From the NCBI GenBank assembly GCA_002712285.1, contig PATC01000016.1, positions 17,219 through 81,218 on the forward strand: 64,000 nucleotides of DNA, in the 5' to 3' direction. Below, one piece after another: positions 28,652-38,636 of this stretch; position 1 is the first letter of the stretch; each line of letters begins with the position of its first letter. A program made the position numbers and the translations under genes. This stretch comes from Methanobacteriota archaeon. GTDB taxonomy: Archaea > Thermoplasmatota > Poseidoniia > Poseidoniales > Thalassarchaeaceae. The notes beneath the pieces were generated by a model that ran no database searches, had not been told where the DNA came from, and saw only the letters and a program-made list of their open reading frames with translations.

Positions 28652-29428
28652 ATGAATCGAAATCTCGATGGTATCGAGATGGTTTTGCTTGATTTAGATG
28701 GGACCATTCATCTCGGAGGTGTACCGATTCCAGGTGCTCTAGAATTCATAGAGCGATGTAAAATGCGGAATATTACGCCAGTATTTCTATCTAATAATTC
28801 GAGTCGCTCTGTCAAAGAATATATTCTGAAATTACACGAAATGGGAATTGACGCGGAAGAAGGGGACGTGCTCCTCTCAACCCACGACTGTATTCGCTGG
28901 CTAAAACAGGAAGGGTGGTTGCGGATTCATTGTTTTGGTACCAGTGGGATGAAAGAAATGATGGAAGAAGCGGGTATCGATTGTTCAAGTAAAATGGTTG
29001 ATTGCGTTGTCATTGGATATCATACTGACCTTGTTTATTCTGATTTGCAACGTGTTTCTGAATTACTACATAGAGGGGTTCCTTTGATTGCCACACATCC
29101 GGATATTGTGTGCCCCTCACCGGTTGGTGGGTTGCCGGATGTTGGTGCAATCTTATCAATGCTCGAAGCCACAACTGGCGTTAAACCAGTTATCATCACT
29201 GGGAAACCCCGTCCTGAAATGATCCTAGGTCGGTTAAAGCAGGATGGGATTGACCCGTCTCGAGTCGCAATGATTGGTGATAGAATCTACACTGATATGG
29301 CAATGGCGCATGCTGCAGGTGTGCACAGTATCCTAGTCTTAAGTGGAGAAGCCAGTAGAGAGGATCTCAAAGATTTGGATTTAGTCCCATCTCTTGTAGT
29401 GGAATCTGTGGATGCGCTTCTTCGGTGA
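28652..29428 (+). CDS. HAD-superfamily hydrolase, subfamily IIA (NagD-like sugar/nucleotide phosphatase)
   Basis: Motif I LLDLDGT, motif II FLSNNSS, motif IV MIGDRIYTDM. 258 aa. Confidence 0.8.
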   Translation: MNRNLDGIEMVLLDLDGTIHLGGVPIPGALEFIERCKMRNITPVFLSNNSSRSVKEYILKLHEMGIDAEEGDVLLSTHDCIRWLKQEGWLRIHCFGTSGMKEMMEEAGIDCSSKMVDCVVIGYHTDLVYSDLQRVSELLHRGVPLIATHPDIVCPSPVGGLPDVGAILSMLEATTGVKPVIITGKPRPEMILGRLKQDGIDPSRVAMIGDRIYTDMAMAHAAGVHSILVLSGEASREDLKDLDLVPSLVVESVDALLR

Positions 29429-29502
29429 AAAAGTTCTACAATTGAGCTCTGTGGTGAAGTTGTTAATCCAATAAAATGACTATTCTTAGAATTCCATGAC
29501 CC

Positions 29503-30969
29503 TTGGTGTTCAATACCCCTCGTACAACCTTACATGACGTGTCTTCAGATTGGGACGGATATAGTACGGAAGAGTGTGATCTGCTTGCACTCCCGAATTG
29601 TTCACAAGAACCAGTTCTACCTTCTGAAAAAGAAGTAATTGAACGGTTATGTGATAGTGGAATTCTAAGTGATGTAAAGGTATTTGAGGCTTTAAAATTG
29701 TCAAATAGGGGGTTAGCGATTTGGCCTTTGCCTTCTGGTTTAGCTATCAATAGCTTAGGAGCCTCTGCAATAGCCCTACCTTGGTGGAAGGCAAGTCATG
29801 AATCCGGCGCTTTGCTCCCCTCCCATTATGAAACTGCACAAATTATGCAAATTCTGCAAATGGAAGTGGATACTCGTGTCCTTCTGATTGGTCCGCGTGG
29901 CAACTGGTGGACGGAAATTCTACTACGATTGGGTGCAAATGAAATTCATGTAGTTGAAGCTAATACAGAACGAAGAAGATTTCTTGAAATGAATTGGAAA
30001 GATAGGGGGTTGGATTTGCTTGCAATAAATCATGGATGTCGTGTAACATTCCATGATGCTGATTGGTTAGATATCAATAGAATGAGTGATGATGGTGAAG
30101 TTTGGGACCGAATTCTCATTACCGGTGCTTGTGATATGATGCCTACAAAATTGTTCAAAACACTACGCAAAGGGGGTGTTGGGCTTGTTCCAATTAGCCC
30201 AGATGGAAGTCCCGCAATTAAGTGCATAACTCCTGAATTAGATGGTGGGCTGTTTGTTCGTACTGTTACAATGTGGATGGTTGATCCATTGAATTCTAGA
30301 ATTCAAAGACGTATGTTCCCAAATAGAGAACAGCGGGGAGTTTTCGCAGATATACATGGACGTAGTAAAGTCATTGATACTAGTTGGAATATTCCAGAAC
30401 AGGCCTGTCTACGAGATAGAGCCGGCCCAGTTAGACTTCTTGATGCAATGGATCAAATTTGGAATGAAATGGGGCTTGATGTCAATGAAGATGAAATCGA
30501 TGTACAGGTGGCAGATCGACTTTTCAGAATGGGTAATGTGATTCATAATATTGGAATGTTTGACTATGCTGCTGAACATTTTGGAGCGTCTTTTCATCTT
30601 CATCCATCAGCAGAAGCCGCTACAATGATTGCTTGGACTTACAGCATCATGGGTAACGATTCAGAGGCTATGGCTTGGTGTCGAAGGGCCATTGAAACAG
30701 ATCCTACCTTAGGTGATCCTTGGAATGATATCGGTGCACTAATGCTTTCACAAGGGACAGTTGAAGGGGCGATGGTTTGGTTTAGAGCTGCGGTTCAAGC
30801 CGAACGATCTCTCAATCCAGGACATCCGTGGTCAAATATGGCACGTGCCCATTTGATGCTCAAAAATCATGCAGCTGCATTTTTCGCCGCACAAAGTGCT
30901 GTGAATTATCTACCTGAAGATCATGAATTGCAGATGCTTTTGGATGAACTTGGAGCAGAACTCTGTTGA
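29503..30969 (+). CDS. Protein-L-isoaspartate O-methyltransferase-like domain (degenerate SAM motif) fused to C-terminal TPR repeats
   Basis: The N-terminal half aligns by eye with the PCMT layout (VFEALKLSNRGLAIWP.., RVLLIGPRGNWWTEILLRLG.., WDRILITGACDMMPTKLFKTLRKGGVGLVPI). The C-terminal ~150 aa has TPR-like A/W/Y helices (AEHFGASF..AWTYSIMGNDSEAMAWCRRAIETDP..). Confidence 0.5.
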   Translation: MVFNTPRTTLHDVSSDWDGYSTEECDLLALPNCSQEPVLPSEKEVIERLCDSGILSDVKVFEALKLSNRGLAIWPLPSGLAINSLGASAIALPWWKASHESGALLPSHYETAQIMQILQMEVDTRVLLIGPRGNWWTEILLRLGANEIHVVEANTERRRFLEMNWKDRGLDLLAINHGCRVTFHDADWLDINRMSDDGEVWDRILITGACDMMPTKLFKTLRKGGVGLVPISPDGSPAIKCITPELDGGLFVRTVTMWMVDPLNSRIQRRMFPNREQRGVFADIHGRSKVIDTSWNIPEQACLRDRAGPVRLLDAMDQIWNEMGLDVNEDEIDVQVADRLFRMGNVIHNIGMFDYAAEHFGASFHLHPSAEAATMIAWTYSIMGNDSEAMAWCRRAIETDPTLGDPWNDIGALMLSQGTVEGAMVWFRAAVQAERSLNPGHPWSNMARAHLMLKNHAAAFFAAQSAVNYLPEDHELQMLLDELGAELC

Positions 30970-30973
30970 ATTC

Positions 30974-33325
30974 TTATTCTTCCAGGGGTATTGATTCATC
31001 CTCACTCTTGCGTAAGAAAGATGGGGCCCACCAGTTCAATGGTCCCATAAGTCGCATCGTGGCAGGGACAACAAGTGCCCGGACGAGGGTTGCATCGATG
31101 AATATGGCGAGAGCAAGGCCGAGGCCAAATTGTTTGATAATAGCCACTGAAGCAAAAATCTGTGCTGCAAATACTAGTATCATAATCAACGCAGCAGCAG
31201 TAACTAAGCGACCTGTTTTCTGAAGGCCATTTGCGACTGCAATTGTATTGTCACCGGTTCGCTCCCACTCTTCATGGATACGGGAAAGCATGAGGACTTC
31301 ATAATCCATTGAAAGTCCGAATACTATGCAGAATAGCATCACAGGAGTTGTTGGATCTATTGGTTGAGGAGTGAAATTCATGATTTCATCAAGACCAAGA
31401 TTTCCTTCTTGGAAAACAAACACAAGCATACCAAATGTTGCTGTAATACTAAGGATATTCATCACAATCGCTTTGAAAGGAATGATCACAGAGCGCACTT
31501 GAATGAAAAGAAGAATACATGTGGAAATGAAAATGAATGCCATTGCAATTGGAAGATTATCAACAACAGCATCTAGTACATCTAGGTTGTAGGCGGCAAG
31601 ACCGCCAATCAGAATAGCTTCTTTTGAAACACCGAGTAGTTCAATTCCATCATTGTCGCGATTTTCGCGTAAATCCTCAACAAAGGTCCTTGCCTCAAGT
31701 GTGTTCCATTCTACCCCTAGTGTGATTAGTAGATATGTGTGATTTGTCTTTTGGCTAATAAAACTGGATTGAAGAGACTCTCTAAGACCAATTTGTTGGG
31801 GAGTAAGATATTCGTCAGGAGTTGTCCAAAATTGGACTACAGAATTTGCACTCATGGTGGAATTGAAGTATCCTGGTGCAAGTACAGAAATTACAGATTC
31901 AGATTCCATTAATGTCGAGGCGTAAGCATGAACACTTCGGAGGTTGTCCTCACTCAATACATCTTGATTTTCTTCAAGTTCAACAACAAAAAGTAGCGAG
32001 TTGTCCGAACTCTCCACCCAAATCGCTGACATTTCTTCGAGCCCTTCTCGGGCTAAGTCATCTGGGGGTAACGAACGAATGCTAGATACTCCATATTCTG
32101 CTTGCAAAAATGGGGTGCCAACACCAAGCAATAAAATGAGAATAGGTATGAGAATCGCAAGTGGACGATTCATTACTTGATTAGCAATCCATGACCAAAA
32201 TCCATCATCTGAAACGGTATCTTTCATCCCAAAGGGAATCCGTATCGAATTGATCCGGGGGCCAAGTAACGCAAAAAGTGAGGGTAGCATTACGATAGAC
32301 GTAAGCATAGCCATACTAACTCCCAATGTTCCACCAATTCCAATTGATGGTGTGCTTGTGTTCTTGAAGAATAAAAGACCAAGGAGCCCCACTGCTACAG
32401 TTAACCCAGAAAAAAATACTGCACGTCCTGCTGTAGCTGTTGTGATGGCTATGGCTGTTCTAATTTCGTGACCTGCATTGAGCTCTTCTCGATAACGATA
32501 GATCATGAATAATGAATAGTCAATGGAAACACCTAACCCGAGAAGAGTGATAATGTTTGAAGCAAAATTATTCACAGGAATGCCTTCTATCGTAGACAAC
32601 CATATGGTTATACCAATTGCGCTTATTACCGTAAGAAGGCCTATTCCTAGTGGCAATATTCCTGCAACAAATGAGCCGAATACTACGAATAAAACTAGGA
32701 GGACGAGTGGGGCCGCTCCAAGTTCTGAACGAATTAAATCGTCTTTGAGTCGTATATCGAATGTTGAATCGACTGCTAGATTACCAGTGATCCAAATCTC
32801 AAAATCACCTTCAGTTGAGGTTATTGTTTCCTCCATCGCCTTCCAATTATCGATCAAGAGGGATTTTGCTTCAGTTCTAGGTAATGTAACCTCGACAAGT
32901 GTGCGAGATAGTTTGCCATCTTCACTCACATATTGGCTAAGATTTGCTGAATCTACATTCCATGGATATGTGATAGATACTGCAGGGTCTTGGGCTATCG
33001 ATTCTAATATTGATTCGATAGTTGCTTGAATTGAAGAATCATCATAAGCAAGTGGGCTATTTACTAAGATGTAAAATCTCTCCGTGTTTTCAGCTTCTAC
33101 GTCTCCAAATGAATCTCCCATAATTTCGAAGACTGTTGTTGATTCAAGATCACCCTCACCGAAGGATTCCGCCCAATCAGGAGTTAAGAATACACCAAGA
33201 GAACCTAGGGATAAACAAACTACTAGTCCCATGACGAATACTGTTTTTGCATGATCATGTGCAATGATTCCTAATCTGTATAGGCGGCGATCTTGAAATA
33301 TTTCAGGATTAGAGCCGCTTTCCAT
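30974..33325 (-). CDS. MMPL/RND-superfamily membrane exporter
   Basis: 783 aa. Two 6-TM bundles, each preceded by a large extracytoplasmic loop. Duplicated signatures GLGVSIDYSLFMIYRYREEL and GLSMDYEVLMLSRIHEEW. Confidence 0.8.
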   Translation of the reverse strand: MESGSNPEIFQDRRLYRLGIIAHDHAKTVFVMGLVVCLSLGSLGVFLTPDWAESFGEGDLESTTVFEIMGDSFGDVEAENTERFYILVNSPLAYDDSSIQATIESILESIAQDPAVSITYPWNVDSANLSQYVSEDGKLSRTLVEVTLPRTEAKSLLIDNWKAMEETITSTEGDFEIWITGNLAVDSTFDIRLKDDLIRSELGAAPLVLLVLFVVFGSFVAGILPLGIGLLTVISAIGITIWLSTIEGIPVNNFASNIITLLGLGVSIDYSLFMIYRYREELNAGHEIRTAIAITTATAGRAVFFSGLTVAVGLLGLLFFKNTSTPSIGIGGTLGVSMAMLTSIVMLPSLFALLGPRINSIRIPFGMKDTVSDDGFWSWIANQVMNRPLAILIPILILLLGVGTPFLQAEYGVSSIRSLPPDDLAREGLEEMSAIWVESSDNSLLFVVELEENQDVLSEDNLRSVHAYASTLMESESVISVLAPGYFNSTMSANSVVQFWTTPDEYLTPQQIGLRESLQSSFISQKTNHTYLLITLGVEWNTLEARTFVEDLRENRDNDGIELLGVSKEAILIGGLAAYNLDVLDAVVDNLPIAMAFIFISTCILLFIQVRSVIIPFKAIVMNILSITATFGMLVFVFQEGNLGLDEIMNFTPQPIDPTTPVMLFCIVFGLSMDYEVLMLSRIHEEWERTGDNTIAVANGLQKTGRLVTAAALIMILVFAAQIFASVAIIKQFGLGLALAIFIDATLVRALVVPATMRLMGPLNWWAPSFLRKSEDESIPLEE

Positions 33326-33402
33326 AGCTTGAGGCGGAGGAGGGGGCTATTTCAAGACGTGCTAATAAGCATGATATGAATTTGAGATGATTGTAGTAGA
33401 AA

Positions 33403-35190
33403 TCATTCATTAGCTTGTGGAATTATGAGGACTGGAGCATTTGTGCGATCGATGATCGGGAGTTCTAATGTGGAAGATGAGGGTAATACATGAATTTGAC
33501 AAGATGGGCCACATGCTGGAGCGAGGTAATCTTCACCTTGTTCAGACATGATGAATCGTAAACCATGGCCCGCTGGAAGGATTGCGTCAATTGCCTGAAA
33601 TTCCATCATCATGGTTACCGTTTGACCTGGAGTAACAGTCTGTGGTTCGTATCCACCTGCATGGTACCTGATGTCCATTGTAGCATGACCTAATCTTAGA
33701 CCCGTTTCAGAATCTTGCATTTCTATGAAAACTTGGCCTCCATCGAAGGTTGCAACTGCTAAAAGGTGTAAACTAACTAAGCCGGAAATGTGAATTTCTA
33801 AATCACTCAGGGCTGGACATTCGACTGTAACTATTTGGCCGCCTCCTACCACTGGTGCACCTCCACCAAGAAAAACACCATCATAGTTACATTGAGAAAG
33901 AGGGATTGTGGTACGTTCAGCATCTGGTGGAGGCCAACTATGTTCAATTCGCCATTGACCATCGTTGCGTTGAATCTGAGCGTTTAATTCGGGTTTTGGT
34001 CCGCGTTCCATCAAATAATACTCAAACCACTCAAAGAGGTCTTGGCCCCAATCCCAGCGAGTCATATTATCGAAAGCTTCGCCACCGTATCCTGAGTCAA
34101 TATCATCGTGTTTTTGCCATTGATCTGGATAGTCGTGACCCCATTGACCAAGCATTCCACGCACCTCAAAACCTGCATCAACATAGGATTGGTACCAATT
34201 TGTTCCAGGTGGCCCTCCAAACACTTGGTGGGGATCAACATTCCAATCTTGCATTCCTTGAACCCAATATATGCTGCCGTCCCAATTTAGGAATGCTTTG
34301 TCAATATGGCTTCTCTCATTGTAGTAATTCTCCATGTATGGGTCCATTTCTCCACCAATATAGGTGACGGGGCCAGCGAAGAGGCCTTCTACGATATCTG
34401 GACAAACATTGTCTAAATCGTCTTCATCATAATCAACGGTGCTTGAGAAATAATTCATGTGCATGACTTGAGAGCGGGCTTCTGCACTTCCATTTTTGTA
34501 AAGGAGAGGATGGAGGGCTGTTGTGCCTGAAATTGGGACTATTGTCTTGAGATATGGGCTCCCTATTGCAGCCGCCTCCCATTGAGTTGCGCCTTCGTAA
34601 GATTTGCCATAGAGTCCCACATTTCCATTGCTCCAATATTGTGTACCTAACCACTCCACAGCAGCATTAATTCCAAGACCTTCGCCAGCACCACGATAAT
34701 CGAAGCATCCACTACTCTCTTCCGTGCCAAAAACTGCTACTTGAGCAAAGGCGTAACCATGTGGAACGAAATTTTCGAAAATGAATTCTCCGCGGCCAGC
34801 CCCTACTATATTTGTGGGCGTCGATTCTGAGCCTTGGGGACCGTACGAAAAATAAGGGGAAATAATGGCGATGACGGGGACTTGGGCGCCCTGCTCAGTA
34901 TTGTTAGGCAACCAGTAGGAGAGGTGGACTTCTGCTTCATTCGGTCCGGTTTCCCACACTGATGATGTATCAACTGAAATTAGGGCTTCTTGTACTTCTA
35001 GGGAGGAATAGGGCCCTGGTTCAAGAACAAGGCTGTATGATCCTGAAGTATTCCATTCCAATGTATGGCGGTCCCATACTGATGGATAGGGTGTTGTGGG
35101 CTCTTCTGGAGGGGGGGGTTCTTGGCCGAGGCATCCAGAAAATGCTGCGAGAATGAAAAGAAGGGACACGCCTGCAGATGGCCACTTCAT
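33403..35190 (-). CDS. CocE/NonD-family hydrolase (S15 Xaa-Pro dipeptidyl-peptidase-like), probable lipoprotein
   Basis: Nucleophile elbow VGLYGKSYEGATQWEAA. About 590 aa with a C-terminal beta-sandwich-sized region. The N-terminus is MKWPSAGVSLLFILAAFSGCLG. Confidence 0.72.
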   Translation of the reverse strand: MKWPSAGVSLLFILAAFSGCLGQEPPPPEEPTTPYPSVWDRHTLEWNTSGSYSLVLEPGPYSSLEVQEALISVDTSSVWETGPNEAEVHLSYWLPNNTEQGAQVPVIAIISPYFSYGPQGSESTPTNIVGAGRGEFIFENFVPHGYAFAQVAVFGTEESSGCFDYRGAGEGLGINAAVEWLGTQYWSNGNVGLYGKSYEGATQWEAAAIGSPYLKTIVPISGTTALHPLLYKNGSAEARSQVMHMNYFSSTVDYDEDDLDNVCPDIVEGLFAGPVTYIGGEMDPYMENYYNERSHIDKAFLNWDGSIYWVQGMQDWNVDPHQVFGGPPGTNWYQSYVDAGFEVRGMLGQWGHDYPDQWQKHDDIDSGYGGEAFDNMTRWDWGQDLFEWFEYYLMERGPKPELNAQIQRNDGQWRIEHSWPPPDAERTTIPLSQCNYDGVFLGGGAPVVGGGQIVTVECPALSDLEIHISGLVSLHLLAVATFDGGQVFIEMQDSETGLRLGHATMDIRYHAGGYEPQTVTPGQTVTMMMEFQAIDAILPAGHGLRFIMSEQGEDYLAPACGPSCQIHVLPSSSTLELPIIDRTNAPVLIIPQANE

Positions 35191-35284
35191 GTTACTCCCA
35201 CTAATGTGTTTGCCATAAACGCTGAGATTGAGGGGGTCGAGTATTCATAGGGATTGAATAAACTCGGTCTTCCTGCTCATATTG

Positions 35285-36457
35285 ATGCATGTCCTTCAGT
35301 TTGTGTCCTGGTATCCCCAAAATTCTGAAGATATTTCTGGTTCATTCTTCCAAGAATTTGCTAATGACCTTGTTAAAAATGGGTTGAAAATTGGTGTTCT
35401 ACATGCTAAATTCATTGAAGGGTTATTCAATCGTGAAAATAAGAATTCTAAACCAATAACGTTCACTAAAGAAAATGGTGTAATTGTTGGACGTTCGAAA
35501 ACTCGAATTCGGATCCCCGGGCCAGCTCGACGAATCCCTGCTTTGGAACGACGGGATGTTCGGATTCGTTTAGAGGCTGGTCGATTATTGTATGATGAAT
35601 ATGTGGCGAACAATGGCACCCCTGATATCATTCATGCCCAAGCATGCTTTTGGGGAGGTGTGATTGCTTCTTGGATCGCTAATGAAGAAGAGATTCCATT
35701 CATAGTAAGTGCGCATTCATCTGTCTTTGGTCGGGGACTTGTAGGTAAGAGGGAAAAGGTGTTGGCAACTAAAGTTTGGAGGAATTCAAAACAAAATATT
35801 TCAGTTAGTCAAGTAAATGCAGACATTATCTGTAATATGTTCAATTTACCAACGGATTCTTTCGAAATCATCCCAAATGGGATTAATTCCGAGGAATTTG
35901 TAGTTAGTCCAGCCCCAAAAAATCCGTTCAAGTGGATTTGTATCGGAAATTTAGTGAAAAATAAGCGGGTTGATCTATTGATAGAGGCGATGATTTCGAT
36001 GCCTCAAAATCATCGACTAGTTGTGGTAGGAGATGGGCCTATGAAATCGGACTTGATTAGACGTTCAAAGGAGTTGGGTGATCGGGTTGAATTTCTCGGA
36101 ACTGTAGATCGAGAAAATATCCCTCGTTTACTTTCAGAATGTCATGCACTCGTCCACCCAAGTCAATTCGAAACTTTTGGGGTTGTCTTAGTTGAGGCGA
36201 TGATGTGTGGGAGGCCTGTTGTGGCTATGCGCTGTGGGGGCCCTGAGGAAATTGTTGTAGATACAACAGGGCAACTAGTTGAGAATGGGAGTCTGGAGGG
36301 GTTGATTCAAGCAATGAATGCTGTATCTGTATCTGATTGGGATGCTGAAAAGATTGCTAAATATGCTCGTTCCTCATTTGATAGACAATCTGTAATTCGA
36401 CAATTTGAAATGATCTGCAATGAAATCGTTAGTCAAAAGATGGAAAGGAACGATTGA
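35285..36457 (+). CDS. Glycosyltransferase, GT4-type (GT-B fold)
   Basis: C-terminal EX7E region VHPSQFETFGVVLVEAMMCGRPVVAMRCGGPEEIV. ATG at 35285, immediately after the track's TTG. Confidence 0.85.
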   Translation: MHVLQFVSWYPQNSEDISGSFFQEFANDLVKNGLKIGVLHAKFIEGLFNRENKNSKPITFTKENGVIVGRSKTRIRIPGPARRIPALERRDVRIRLEAGRLLYDEYVANNGTPDIIHAQACFWGGVIASWIANEEEIPFIVSAHSSVFGRGLVGKREKVLATKVWRNSKQNISVSQVNADIICNMFNLPTDSFEIIPNGINSEEFVVSPAPKNPFKWICIGNLVKNKRVDLLIEAMISMPQNHRLVVVGDGPMKSDLIRRSKELGDRVEFLGTVDRENIPRLLSECHALVHPSQFETFGVVLVEAMMCGRPVVAMRCGGPEEIVVDTTGQLVENGSLEGLIQAMNAVSVSDWDAEKIAKYARSSFDRQSVIRQFEMICNEIVSQKMERND

Positions 36458-36481
36458 ATTACAGGACGCTGGTGGAGTTGT

Positions 36482-37120
36482 ATGATGGATTTGTTGAAGC
36501 GGCTCGGTTTTGGGCTGATTCCTAGGAGGTTGAAGTTCGATACTTCAGGCCAGTACTGGGAGGATAGATACGCCTTTGGGGGTAATTCTGGAGATGGGTC
36601 ATATGGCGCCCTTGCTGATTACAAAGCAACTCGAATCAATACCTTTGTACAAGAGTATGGAGTGGATTCTATTGTCGAATTTGGGTGTGGTGACGGCAAT
36701 CAACTAGCTATGTTCAAGGTTAAGGAATATGTTGGGCTCGATGTATCTCCTACCGCGGTCAAGCACTGTAGGAAAATTTTCGAAAATGATTCTACGAAGC
36801 GATTCATCCACCTTACCTCTGATGATGACCTCGTTGAAGGTGACCTCGCATTATCTTTGGATGTTATTTACCATCTTATTGAAGATGAGGTTTTCGAGAC
36901 GTATATGAGGCGGTTATTTGCTTGCGCGAAGGCTCATGTCATTATTTATTCATCAAATTCTGAGGAACCTTTTGGGGACGGATCTGTTCATTGTAGAAAT
37001 CGTAAATTCACAGATTGGGTGAAAGAGAATCTTTCAGATTGGGAGTTTGTAAGTGTGGAGTCTAATCCACACAAAGATCAGTCCATTGCTGACTTTCACT
37101 TCTTTTCTCGGCGTGGGTGA
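36482..37120 (+). CDS. Class I SAM-dependent methyltransferase
   Basis: Motif I IVEFGCGDGNQL, motif II YVGLDVS, motif III-like LALSLDVIYHL. 212 aa. Confidence 0.7.
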   Translation: MMDLLKRLGFGLIPRRLKFDTSGQYWEDRYAFGGNSGDGSYGALADYKATRINTFVQEYGVDSIVEFGCGDGNQLAMFKVKEYVGLDVSPTAVKHCRKIFENDSTKRFIHLTSDDDLVEGDLALSLDVIYHLIEDEVFETYMRRLFACAKAHVIIYSSNSEEPFGDGSVHCRNRKFTDWVKENLSDWEFVSVESNPHKDQSIADFHFFSRRG

Positions 37121-37124
37121 TTTT

Positions 37125-38135
37125 GTGTCAGTATGTGTCGGAATTATCGGTACAGGATATTGGGGTCGTAACCATGTGCGAACATTTTGTGCATTGCGGG
37201 ATGAAGGTGTCGTTGATGATGTAATTGTGTGTGATTCAGATGAGGAGCGCGCTGCTGCAATTGGTTCTGAATTTAATTGTCGATATACTACTGACGCTGA
37301 ATCCCTATCATCTCTAGGCGTCAGTATGGTGACGATTGCTACCCCTACTCCAAGTCATGCAACACTCGCCATTACAATGATGCATTCTGGATTGGATGTA
37401 CTCATTGAGAAACCATTGGCAATGGGAATCAATGAGGCAGAGACTGTTATTCGTGTATCAGAAGACACAGGACGGCTTCTTCTGGTTGGCCATGTATTTC
37501 GCCACCATGCAGGAGTCAGGGTTGCTGCTGAGATGATCCAGGCTGGAAAATTAGGACCGATTCGGCATATAGTGAGTGAGCGTCTTGCTGTCCGTGAACC
37601 TCGAGAGGATATCGGTGTCATCGCAGCATTGGGTATTCATGATCTCGATATTTGTGTAGACTTACTAGGTGGCAATGCACCGATTTCAATCTCTGGAATG
37701 GCAAGTATGTCCTCAATCAAAGGAATCGAAGATCACGCTGAACTCCAACTAGAATTTCCTCCAATATCAACAAGTGATGAGGCGATAATGGCGTCAATCC
37801 ATCTTTCGTGGCGAAGTCGGACACGTGGGAAGGTGCGGTCATTGGAAGTAATTGGGCGAGATGGTAGCCTACATGTTGACTACATGGATCATTCAGCAAT
37901 CTGGTTCCATCCTCATCCAGGAGATGCTCATGGAGAAGTATATGGTGGATTTGGGGCAGCACCACGAAAACGAATAGATATTGAAAATTCAGAGCCCGCT
38001 CTAACTGCTGAGCTTCGTGATTTTGTACTTCGATCGTCAGGTCAACGAACGGGGCCTACTCGTAATGGTGGAGATGTAGGCCTCAAAGGAATGCAATTAG
38101 TAGAAATGGCTCTTCGCGCAACCGGTCTTCTTTGA
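37125..38135 (+). CDS. Gfo/Idh/MocA-family NAD(P) sugar oxidoreductase (WbpB-like)
   Basis: Rossmann VGIIGTGYWGRNHV and the family motif DVLIEKPLA. The track start at 37053 overlaps the methyltransferase. In-frame GTG codons at 37113 or 37125 are the plausible starts. Confidence 0.78.
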   Translation: MSVCVGIIGTGYWGRNHVRTFCALRDEGVVDDVIVCDSDEERAAAIGSEFNCRYTTDAESLSSLGVSMVTIATPTPSHATLAITMMHSGLDVLIEKPLAMGINEAETVIRVSEDTGRLLLVGHVFRHHAGVRVAAEMIQAGKLGPIRHIVSERLAVREPREDIGVIAALGIHDLDICVDLLGGNAPISISGMASMSSIKGIEDHAELQLEFPPISTSDEAIMASIHLSWRSRTRGKVRSLEVIGRDGSLHVDYMDHSAIWFHPHPGDAHGEVYGGFGAAPRKRIDIENSEPALTAELRDFVLRSSGQRTGPTRNGGDVGLKGMQLVEMALRATGLL

Positions 38136-38137
38136 AT

Positions 38138-38596
38138 TCAAGTTAATTTGCGGGCAGGGTTGCCTGCATAAGACCCTGGTTCTGTGATGTCTTTAGTAAC
38201 AACTGATCCAGCGCCAACGACTACATCATCACATATGGAAACGGGCAAAATTGTGGCATTAGTGCCAATACTAACTCGGTTCCCAATATTGGTCTCTTTC
38301 CATTGAGTTTGATCCCCCCGTGCAGGACCACCGATGCTGAATGTGTCATTGATGAACATCGCACCATGACTGACAAAACAATCCTCACCGATGGTCACGA
38401 GTTCACAAATGAATGCGTGAGATTGGATTCTTGTCCTTGCTCCAATAGATACTTGTCGTTGAATCTCAACAAAGGGTCCGATGAAAACCTCGTCACCTAG
38501 TGAACATCCGTAAAGATTCGATGGTTCAAGAATTGTGACGCCTTCACCACATTCCACGTTGACGAGGCCAATCTGAATACGCCGGGGGTCCCCCAT
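38138..38596 (-). CDS. Left-handed beta-helix (hexapeptide-repeat) acetyltransferase (WbpD/sugar N-acetyltransferase-like)
   Basis: Hexapeptide repeats run throughout (IGARTRIQSHAFI, IGEDCFVSHGAMF, IGNRVSIGTNATI, VGAGSVV). 152 aa. Confidence 0.8.
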   Translation of the reverse strand: MGDPRRIQIGLVNVECGEGVTILEPSNLYGCSLGDEVFIGPFVEIQRQVSIGARTRIQSHAFICELVTIGEDCFVSHGAMFINDTFSIGGPARGDQTQWKETNIGNRVSIGTNATILPVSICDDVVVGAGSVVTKDITEPGSYAGNPARKLT

Positions 38597-38636
38597 AACA
38601 ACGGCTTTGAGTCGTGAGGAATTAATCTGACCCTAA

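Noticed and set aside
32523-34367. Long antisense ORFs inside the MMPL gene (32523-33029, 168 aa) and the S15 hydrolase gene (33855-34367, 170 aa)
   Set aside because: Both lie inside genes with strong family signatures and have no motifs of their own.
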